DNA of 64,000 nt from Amoeboaphelidium protococcarum X5. Its lineage: Eukaryota > Fungi > Aphelidiomycota. Each line of letters starts with the position of its first letter. Position 1 is the first letter of the stretch. The stretch spans positions 372,001 through 436,000 of the forward strand of contig JALDTO010000142.1 in assembly GCA_023515725.1 (NCBI GenBank). Reading direction: 5' to 3'. The notes under the pieces were generated by a model. It searched no databases and had not been told where the DNA came from. It saw nothing but the letters and a program-made list of their open reading frames with translations. Positions 52,421-64,000 of this stretch are shown piece after piece. The translations under genes and the position numbers were made by a program.

Positions 52421-55400
52421 TCATTTCAAACCATAAAGAGAATTCAGAACCTACATTGCGTGCGGCCTAAACGTAACATCCTACTCCCAAGCAGCATAAA
52501 TGATCGCAATTAACGCGTCATTCTTTGGGTCTTCAAAGCATAGACTTAAAGAAGGACGCCCGCCGGCCAAAACAGCTTGACTTATTTGATCTCTACCTTG
52601 TCCCGCCCATGCCACTTATCTGTTGACCATCTCAGCCATTATGACAGCACCGGCATAGACGTCACGTTTCATTCTTTGTTAATCAAGCAACACTAGCTTG
52701 AGCCATACCTCAGGTGCGGCGTAAGTCGCAGTAAAGCCATTCAGGGCATTCCACGTCATACCAGTGACTGCTTTGGATGAACCCAATAGGGAGCAAATAC
52801 CAAAATCGGTAAGACATAAGCGAATTTAACCAGAAGACACATCAACCAGATAGTTACCAGCCTTAATATCATTGTGCACAACACCTGCTTGATGAGTGAC
52901 CTGTATAGCGGCAAAGACGTCCACAGACATTGAATACACCAAGTCAAAATTATAACTTACCAGGCGGCTAATTTCGCTCTTGCATTCGATGAACATTTCC
53001 AGTGAACCTTGCTAGTAATGAGCCATCAAAAGGATCATATTCAAAGGGTCAAATCCGACTATTTTTGCTATATGTGCGCTATCCTTGAATCGCCACATCA
53101 AAGCCACCTCTTACAAGAAAGCTTCAGACGAGCCAACACCATTACTATACTTGGCAACAAATTTCTCGCCAGGCTGTGGTCTTAAAGGATATTCATAAGG
53201 TAGATCCAGTATTTCAGCTAGCCAAATAGAACCTTAACCACCAGCGGTGAGTTGAGAATTGGGAATCTAACGAAAGTTGAGCCCTTCTGTCAGTCTCATG
53301 AACCCGGGAACTGAGATCTCAAATGATGTCGGTGCCAATGTTGTTCCTCCTTGCATGTTCGTAGCTCCTTAGTGCATAGTGGTAGTTAATGCAGAAGATG
53401 CCGCGCTACTTTGAGTATACGTACTTGCTCGGGTCATTTGAGAGGTTACCTTACCAAAACGGCGACGACGTAACTTATGACGAGCATATAGAGCAGCTAG
53501 TACAACTACCAGAACAAAGACAGCAGCTATTATTGCCACGATAGTCGATAACATTGAAGATGAGCCCACAAGAGCTGATGGATTAGTCTAGTTTTAAGTA
53601 GAATCGTCCACACCAGTTGTCGATTAAACCTTACTGTACGCAAAGTCTCCCAATCCAAAAGTGACAAGATCAGCAGATGAGGAAGTCCTAATAGTTGTGA
53701 ATGAGGACGACTACAGCAATGGTTAGGTTGTCTGTTAGACTAGCGACGTACTTGCCTTTGTGCTTGTACCAAGAGCCACCGTTGATGATAAATTTGCAGT
53801 ACTAGTAACTTGGGCAGCATTCCAGGTACTTGACGATGCAGCGGATGCGAAAGGCGCAGTATTATTATTAGCAGTAATTGAAGTCGTGGTAGTAGGAGTA
53901 ATAGTGGTTTTAGTTGAAGTTGTTGTCGTCGTCAATGTTGTCGTAGTTGTTGTGGAGGTGGTAGTAGATGTTGTAGTCGTAGTAGTGGGAGTACTAGTCG
54001 TTGTAGTAGTTGTAGTGGTACTTGTGGGAGTACTTGTTGTCGTGGTCGTAGTTGTTGTTGTTGTTGTGCTTGTAGTCGTCGTTGTACTTGTAGTAGTAGT
54101 AGTTGTTGTTGTCGTGGTGGTTGTGGTAGTTGTCGTCGTAGTACTAGTCGTAGTACTTGTGGTGGTAGGTACCATAGGAAGCAGATTACCAATTTTTGCA
54201 ATGCCTTGAGCGAAGGCGTAATTTTTTGTTGTACCAGAATCTTCAATAATATTCACAGCACTTCCACTTGTTTAGAAAGCTACTAAAAAGCCACGATTTG
54301 CCAACACAAAACTTCCAAAGAGAGTAATACTTTGCGCAGAAGTGTAGATTACAGTTCGGTTGAGGAAAGAGCCAGCCTAATTATGTACCATAATGATTGC
54401 ATACTGACCGGTAAAAGGATGCACATACTAATTGGTGACAACACCATTGTTGTTAAAGTTAATCGTGGCGGCTGCGGACACACCATTAAACACCATATTG
54501 TCATCTGAATCAAAAGCAAGAGATAATTTTACAGCAGCCGAGCCAGTTATAGCCCACCGTTTCAATATAGATCTTCCACCATCAAGCTTGAAGACATAAG
54601 ATCCGGATACTCCTGCAGATCCGAGCGTCATAACTGCAATATTAGAAGCATTGTAAGCAACAAAAGGACCATTGACGAACACCGAAGCATAAACCGCACC
54701 AGACTTGTCAAAAGAAACTCCACCAGGTATTTCATCACCTGAACCAGAAAAACGCCAATAATACTAGAACGCACCACTGGAGTTGAACACCAACAGAGGA
54801 CAGTCCACTCCGCTGACATAAGGTGCAGAAATCAAGCGACCTGTGGAATCGGTCAAGCTCACAGCAGTTTACTGATTCATTTGCAAAAATTAATCCCCAT
54901 TAGCGTTAATTGTCATTGTGACATCCACGGCGAAAGTGTTATCGTTGTGGAAGTACACAAGATTTAGATTATTGTCAAGCATGAACCTATGACCAGTGCC
55001 GCTACTGGACGGGCCAGCAACATTATCATTATTATAATAGACGACTGGATTGTTTTACCAACCACCGAAGTTGTTCCATATATGAACCAATACCTGTCCA
55101 TTAGGACCCACGACTGAACTCTGTGGCACATTCCACGAGCCAGCCGCATCCAAACGCGCAGTCCTTAACAGAGTGCCATTACTGGAAAATTTTGCAACAA
55201 CTGCCTAAGAGCCACCACTTAAAGGAATAGTTTTGGCCACTTGGTTAGTTGTTGTGTAAATTTTGAAATCACTAGACTACTCCCATATTACTGCAATAAT
55301 GTTATCAGAGGGATCAATGTTAAGATAATACATATAATCGTCATTAACACCTGTAATCATGAGATGCCACTACAACGCGCCAAATTAATCATACTTTGCA

Positions 55401-55621
55401 ATGAACGATTCAGCACTGCTCTGATAGACCTGAGTTTGAACAAATGAGCCATTAGCAGAGTATATACGCTCATTCGCGACTCTGACATGTGAATATGTGT
55501 AGAAGAAGCCTTTTGAGTCTTGTTTAGTTGCCCATGTACCCGTAGCAGCCCTCACAGTAAAGTCGACGCCAGCAGTGATCAAGTTGGCAAGCTGCAAGGA
55601 AGCTATCACGATAGCCCACAT
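52421..55621 (-). CDS. Receptor-like protein kinase C (1066 aa)
   Basis: MWAIVIASLQLANLITAG signal; TM IVAIIAAVFVLVVVLAALY; HNDIKAGN, DFG, TYAAPE. Confidence 0.88.
53880..54170 (-). repeat. Poly-Thr stalk of kinase C
   Basis: ACN codon run. Confidence 0.9.
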
Positions 55622-56408
55622 TCTTAGAAATAGTTACATATCGAATCAAACTATTTAAAAATTATTTAATCTTATAATTATCAGCTTAATCAATTATATG
55701 ATGTAAAAAGGAGCACCGTAACGAAATTTTGGGACTATATGCAGCGAAGTGGCTTGGGATTGGCCAGAATAAGCGCCTCTGATTGGAGCCGCAATTATAA
55801 TTGATGGGTTTGGCCTCATTCACTTACTTTAATCTTTGGCCAAATTCAGTGCATAACGTTGCATTAGACTTTATATGTACAATGGCTACTGTTTCAGTAA
55901 TACGCTATTTTTGCATTTAAAAATACGCTGAAGAATATGGTAACAAAGTAGTGATGGGAGCATGACGCTTCAACAGAATCGCGCCAAAGATGATTAGAAA
56001 ATAGAATTTTATTGCACTATAGATATATTTCGCAGCTCTAATTGATTTGTTCAGTTAGAATCACTACGGCTGCATCTGCGTAAAATCCATACACAATCGA
56101 GAGTTTTATACAGTACCACAAAGCAACCGCGCGAAAATGAATTCAAAAACTGAGAAAAAGTCCAGTAAGTTCTATATCGGTTATACGAGCATCTATGAGA
56201 ACAAGGGTGTCAGTGTACAGTAGAGTTTAATCCTTTGCTGTTTCATGCCTTGATCATAGCGGCGGAAATCATTTCAATCAACGGGCGACCGTCATCTGTC
56301 TATCTATTCATTTTCGCTATTTCGCCCCATCGCAACAGACTGAAAGTGAGAGCCGGTGAAACCATCAGGATTCCTCTCTCTCCATCTTTCGTTGCTCCCA
56401 GTACAACA

Positions 56409-57596
56409 ATGATGAACTCTGTCAAGTCACCAACCGTAACACAGGCTTAATTAAAGTCGCAGGATAAGGCCAAGTCACCGGCAAGTCGTACCATGTCTTC
56501 TAAAGGTCGCAAAACCTCGTTGACACCGAATGTACCATCTGATGAGTCTGCGCCTGCACTCAATGTCTCTGGCGATGAAGTAGATTTTCCGCTTAAGGAC
56601 TCAGTTCAGTAGAAAGACGCAACTGTTAATGGTGACAGAAGCGAGGACATGATTTCTATGGGCTAGTAAGAGAAGCTAAATAATGTCGGTGATACTGATG
56701 ATGCTGGCGATATCGCAGCTGCTGAAGGAGGCGATTTCGCTGAAGCACATGGCTCCTAAAATGCGTCAACCGAAGAATTACTTCTTAACTTTGATTCTGC
56801 AAATACAATGACATCTGACAGAGAAAAATAATCTGGTGATAATATAAATAAGCTGGCCACGGAAAATAGTGGTAGCAGTGCTGACGATGATGATAACAAT
56901 GACGAGGATGGAGTACATAACTCGGGATTGATATAACAATAGCAATCATCCAATCACCTTGCCGCCATAGAACAGAGACTTGAAGAGACGCGGAAACGTC
57001 GTAAAGTGTTGCAGCGTGACATGCAAAGAATTTCTGATAAATTTAGTGAAGTCAAGAGCAAGTAAGCTGATATTAGCCATTTTCTGTGAATTTGATATGT
57101 TGAATTGGTGTGTCTGATGTAGATTGTATATAGGGAAGGATCGGTTGTTAGTTGAAGAGATTGCAATGCTTTAAGCAGGTAATTTTGCATATTAAGCCTC
57201 GAGTCTCATGTCATTGTTTTACTCGCATGTGTAGGTAATCATCCAGAGTTGCGAAGACGAATGAGTGTCATTTAGTAAGTGCATGAGGATCGAGTCAATA
57301 TTGCCAAGCGAAAGTTTGATCTCCACAGGAGCTGCATTGAGTCTGAGTATCAGTCGCGCCTCGTTTCGATCGCGAAACAAATTTTGATCGCCTCGGCTGA
57401 TGAACGATCGTCGCTGACATTTTCGGCTGATAAGCAACGCGTAAAATCGACACTTGAAGTAAAAGACGATATATACGACTCGTGGTGTCTTGCTGGTGAG
57501 GATTTGAGTTCATGTCAAGTTTCCTGTAAGATAGAACCTCTCACGGAGCAAGAGTTCAGAGAAGATATGGCGGCTATAAGCTAATTGATCAATTGA
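56409..57596 (+). CDS. Sds3/BRMS1-like Sin3-HDAC subunit; introns 57062-57122, 57179-57234
   Basis: Acidic disordered N-terminus, then MQRISDKFSEVKSKLY..L.EEIAMLQAGNHPEL coiled coil; C-terminal EQEFREDMAAI. Confidence 0.75.
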
Positions 57597-59338
57597 GTCT
57601 TTTCATCACAAATATCTTTTCAATGTACTTTAGAGGACTTTTGAATCGTTTCAACTCATCAAGCCTTATAGTGTCATACGCTTCAACCGCGTGAACAGCC
57701 TGAAAGTGATCTCGATGCAGTTGAGGAGTATTAGTTACTAAATGTGTGTAAATTGAGTAATCCGTAACATTCTCAGCTTTTGAGTATTTCCAAACACTGT
57801 AGCTTTGACAGTTGTGCACCTAATCAAACTAATGTCCGAATAGCGAGACACCAGACATCGCAGACTCGGGATCGATATGCACCAAGACCGTTTCGTTTAC
57901 GCTGACGTTATTGTGAAGCCAAATAAGCGCGTGTCCTCCGGGATAGTTTTACATTGATATGTACGTCATTAGAGATGTTACACTCAAGTTGGCAGCGAGC
58001 ATTAATACCACAAAGACCGCTGTGAGCATGCTTGCTTGAGATTTTTGGCGATTTAGCCACCTACACAAACACAGATGCTGTAAAATGTGCGAACAAGATT
58101 ATGTTATTACCTTTTGGACATTAAATCAGCCGATATTAAATTCATCAATGGTAGAACATAAATGATGAATCGCCATTCTTTATGCGGGAGGAGCGAATAG
58201 ATTGCTAGAAAGGCCATTATAACAAACAGGTACGGAGCGAATCTCGACTGCATTCGAAACTTGGCAAACTCCTAACAGCTATTTACCAAGAACATCATGT
58301 AGCCAGATAAAGTCAACTTTGGCAGAAAGATTGTGACATAAGCATGCACTGGACTAACTCCCCAATGATGGCTTTAATTTAGTATTGTGTTGAACCATAA
58401 TACTTCACCTTCAGGATACAACCATCTCTACCAAAAATAGGAGTCAATTGCAATAGTCAAAGCTACACCAAATAGTAATGAAAGTCGACGAAAAATAACC
58501 GTTCAAACACGAACCAGCATACCTAAACACGCAACTGCAGCTTTAAGACTAGACCATATCAGTCGACTAATTCCAACAGTCCTCCACACAAACACCTCCA
58601 TCGCAAATAATGGCAAATAGAGGATAATCAATTCTGATCTGAAAATGATTCCAGCAAATGCTGCCGCCCATATAAGTTGATCAATAATCTGATTACGCGC
58701 TTTCACTGACTTCTATACTACCGAGTGTAGTTCCATCCATACTGAGAAGCTGAGCATAACAATATTGAACGCAAAAATGTTTGGAAGAGTTCGGGAGGCA
58801 TAATACATCAAGTGGAATTGAGACACAGACAGTAAGGTAAACATCACAGAGCATAACCAGCCAAAATGCTTCTAAACGCTGCGTCTATATACGCTTACCG
58901 CAAAAGCCGTGAGTAAGCCAAGACTTAAACGGACTACATATGCGCACATAACACAACGCTATTTTTTGAAAGATAATAAGCAATCAACTTACCAATGACT
59001 TGATCATGTAAAGAAGAATGACACAGTGCTATTACTCTATACAAGCTTATAGTGGGATACGACACTGCACTCAAAACTAATGCTCCAATAAAAGTTCTCG
59101 ATACAACGCCAGGAAATTACAAATGATCATACTACAATATGAATTAAAACTATGGCTCTAGTACGTGTGACAATATGGACAATCATACCTCGCTCACATT
59201 GAAGCCGTGATGCAAAATATCATGCACCGCTTGCAAATTGAAACTTTCTTCAACCTTAGTAAAAGGACTCAGCAAGCAGTGAGCAGTAATTACAACAGCG
59301 ATCAACAAATCTTACCAGCTAATTGCGCATTTGAACAT
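57589..59338 (-). CDS. ALG12: Alpha-1,6-mannosyltransferase; introns 59132-59188, 58934-58992, 58463-58522, 58061-58110
   Basis: [66 protein letters not shown]...SGVSLF, YSKAE. Confidence 0.93.
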
Positions 59339-60911
59339 TTTGGTCAGTTGAGTCCGAAAATTTAAGGTTTGATGTTGTTACAAAGGAGAAATTACCCGCG
59401 ATCGCACCAAACATAGCGAGTTTGAATGGTTGTACGATAAATGCTCTAGTTATTAATCAAGTTGGCTCTTATTCTTTATAAGGATAAAATATATTGCTGG
59501 TAAATGACAACAAGACATATATCTTTCAATGTTAGATTCTGAGGTTAGTTCTTTGTAAGGTGTGTTATAAAAGATTGAATACAACATATCACAGTTCCAA
59601 TGATAGCCACCTGGCGGAGTGGAAACGCGTACTTGAGAACAGGATGGTCAGTGCAAAATTATGCGATATATATACTGAAACACTTACTGACGGCCAGTAT
59701 AATTAACATCCAAGTTGACTCATGATAATTTTCATCATGCTAAATGGTACGCGTTTTGTGACGTGTTAGTGGTAAAGAATACGTCATGACTGGTAGAAAG
59801 AGAAAAAAGCTGACATCATGAACTCTTCTTCAGAAGGTGCAAAATGCTGCTGCGATCAACGTGAGCTATGAGTGAAAAGTATAAAACAGTGTCTACGTCT
59901 ATCTTTTAAGTCTCCCCTGAAACAGTCACATGCACATCGATCCATGCTGATTTGAATGATATGATGCCGACAGCATCGACTGTTCTACTGGTTATTTGGG
60001 CGTGTAAAGTATATGGCATCCTAAATATGAATTGATGGTGCCAATGAGTTGTTTCATTTACCACAGAGATTGCGTTAAGTAAATCAATTGAGGTAGTCGT
60101 TGATGACCAAAATAAGGTGGTCATTTGGGGGATTTATGGTTTAGTCCAAGTATGATTATGCTAGTAGATGCGATCTGAAATTTTTTGTTTTGGGGTTAAA
60201 CAGACTGTTACTCTGCAGAGAAATTAAATTTAGAGAAAAATATGCTGCTGTACCTTTATGGTATCAAAAGAGCAGACTTGCTCAAGTGTCTTTACGCGTC
60301 AATGTTCCCTTGATTGTAGTAAAGACTGAGGACTCCTAAATTTTCGTTAAAACTGCTAGATATCGTGTCTTTACCTTCCCATTTGATATTAATGCACTTA
60401 ATGTTGGACGCCTAAAGAGCTATCCATGATCAATGGTAACACCTCACACGATTGTCACGTTGTTGTTCTATAGAGAGTTCTTCTAGTGCAATAATCGGAC
60501 GTTCTAATCGGTGGTCTACTCATCGAGTATCATAGTATTAGATTTCTATGGACCTTGGCTTGATCGACACTTGTTAAATAATAACATTATTCAATTATAT
60601 ATTTAATCTTGATAGAGTTGACGCTCGATGAAAAAATACATTAATATAACGCCTCGTCTCTGATCAAACAGATCGTCATCGGTTAAAGTCCGAAGCGCGC
60701 GGGATCCGAAGCTCATCGTTCCCGACGCCACCCCAATCTCAATCTCTCTCGCTCTCTCTCGTCCTCTCTCGGTTTAAGGCTTTACGTTCCGCTTCCGATC
60801 GAGCCTTCTCTCTTCTTCTTCTCTTTAATCGATTCAAATTATACGTAATCGAACTATTAAAACTAGGATTGCCTACGCACTTAATACTACCGCATCTGAA
60901 TATTACTAACA

Positions 60912-62237
<1,326 letters not shown>

Positions 62238-62355
62238 GTTGTGATGGGCAATCTAGTCTCACCATTGAACAGAAATGACATTTTGAGAATAAGATTTTAT
62301 CATTATTACTTAATACGTATTTGTTTTTCAAGTTTCACGCTGCAATGTCTGCAAT

Positions 62356-63360
62356 TCACTTTGACAGGAAACGACTCAGGTCAGGCTTAATGGTCAAATC
62401 TGGCCCATCATTCAGGCCGTAGATCTAATTAGGATTGATGCTGGTATGAGACATATAGTAGTGCTTCTTGATATGCTCCATGTTCACAGACTTGGATGCA
62501 GACCCAGTCTGGTAGATGTCGCGCATCCAACGCAGAACATTCTCATAAGCCTCAATAGGCTTGAGATTACACTTGAAATGACCATGATACACCGACTAGA
62601 AACGCCACGCTGTTTAAACTGCACGAACATCAGCTTCAGTCAACTTAGAGCCACACAAATAACGATTATCTTTCAAAATACCATCTAAACGATCCAAAGC
62701 TTCAAACACAGTTTTGCAATGCTTCTCATACACATCCTGCTTGGTGGCAAAACCAGCCTTGTACACACCATTGTTAAACTGGTCATAAACCCATTCATTT
62801 ACCTCATCAATCTTGGAACGCAACTCCTCTGGATACAAATCAAGAGACGGATTCTTGGCCAGATGATTAAACTCAGAATTCAGCATTCTAATAATCTCAC
62901 TACTCTCATTACTAACAATAGTATCCAACTTCTTATCCCACAGCAGAGGAACAGTGAAGCGAGCATTATAATTAGGATCAGCGTGATAGTACAACTCTTT
63001 GATGAACTTGGCATTGAGAATGGGATCAGCCGTAACTCCAGGGGCAGTGGCTTAGTCATCACCGCTGCCATCCTCTCGCGTAAATCTCCAGCCGTCAGAC
63101 TTCATCAGAGGGTCAACGACAACAATGTCAATGACATCCTGCAGTCCTTTCAGCTAACGTACAGTCTCGACTCTTGTACACCAAGGACATGCATAAGCGA
63201 TATAACAAATATATCTGCCAGCCTCGGGCTAAAACTTGGCACCAGGTTCGTTCTTTATGAAATTGCGAAAAACACTCTGCTGTCTCTGGAATTCACCATT
63301 CTTGGATGCCCACAACGGCTTCAATTTTCCATCTTTGGTACCATGCGGTTCATCTGCCAT
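62356..63360 (-). CDS. Glutathionyl-hydroquinone reductase (ECM4/YqjG-like GST)
   Basis: GEFQRQQSVFR, ACPWC, FTVPLLWDKK, NESSEIIR, NNGVYKAGFA, LTEADVR, HFKCN, HIKKHYY. Confidence 0.93.
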
Positions 63361-63707
63361 CTACACATTTAGAACATGCGATAATTATGACTTTTGATAT
63401 TAAGTGATACACTATATCTAACCTTTCTTGTGTTGTTAATGCTGAATAATAAGCGTCTCGTCGAAACTGCCCGGATAAAATGCAGGCGAGTCAACATTTT
63501 CTATTCGCGTCGCATTCATTTCCAAAGCACAAGTGACGAATAGTCGCGCGAGAGTGTTCGCCCGTCGTTTCATACGCGACTGTTGCGCCCGTTGAAAATT
63601 GCCTGGAGAGAGCGACTTGTTTCAAAGTTTCCATTCTTTCATGGCCGTGTTTATCTGTGATTGAAAAACTACTGTATTGCTAATAGTTGATATTCACTTT
63701 GTAAAAA

Positions 63708-64000
63708 ATGTTTTAAATTCTGTTTGACTTACTCTCACTGTATGTGAATGGTGTCCTACTCTTGTGTGTTTATTCAGCTACTTGTTTCTTATCATTATGT
63801 CGTTTTGTATTAGTGAAAGCTGAACAGTTGAATGAGAGAGTGGGTGATTATTTACGCCAAGTGTTCAGTGCAACACCTTAGGTATTTAAAGAACATGGAT
63901 AATTTGCACCACTTGCTCTTGGAAACATTCATTATCTTATCGTTGGCAAGTCTTCATCTCCGCTAATTGTCTTGTTGAACAGTGAGTTTACTACCCTCCA
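63708..64000 (+). CDS. Probable alpha/beta hydrolase with N-terminal membrane anchor (3' partial)
   Basis: MFQILFDLLSLYVNGVLLLCVYS...GNIHYLIVGKSSSPLIVLLN, then a likely GTGAGT donor at 63982. Confidence 0.45.

Noticed and set aside
46860-54170. CRISPR or satellite interpretation of the repeats
   Set aside because: Degenerate ACN codon runs within coding sequence, with no repeat-spacer structure.
46809-54209. Poly-Val ORFs on the + strand
   Set aside because: Antisense reading of the poly-Thr stalks.

Overview
Compact eukaryotic, fungus-related genomic DNA that uses a variant nuclear code: TAA and TAG encode Gln and TGA is the only stop. The supplied ORF track is fragmented because it treats TAA/TAG as stops. 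Retranslated by hand, the window holds about 37 protein genes with short GT-AG introns. Housekeeping genes include GRASP, Yippee, PLP1/TXNDC9, an ERMP1-like M28 peptidase, SAM50, NAE1, NSE2, NDK, NAA15, PIG-P, NDUFAF5, LARP, UBL3, WDR89, PEX11, MCCC1, RPN1, Sds3-like, ALG12, AHCY and an ECM4-like GST. Accessory genes include a Tse2-like ADP-ribosyltransferase plus a decayed copy, an F-box-like protein, a signal-peptide BTB protein, three PD-(D/E)xK nuclease + kinase genes with a shared N-terminal header, and a tandem trio of non-RD receptor kinases in which one copy is a domain-swapped chimera. Non-coding features are an intronic U79/SNORD79-like C/D snoRNA, a putative degenerate MITE, and a strict (T)GTAG 3' splice site in all 15 inferred introns. 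The code plus the fungal-like genes suggest an aphelid such as Amoeboaphelidium (inference). All coordinates and family calls come from manual reading; no database search was run.
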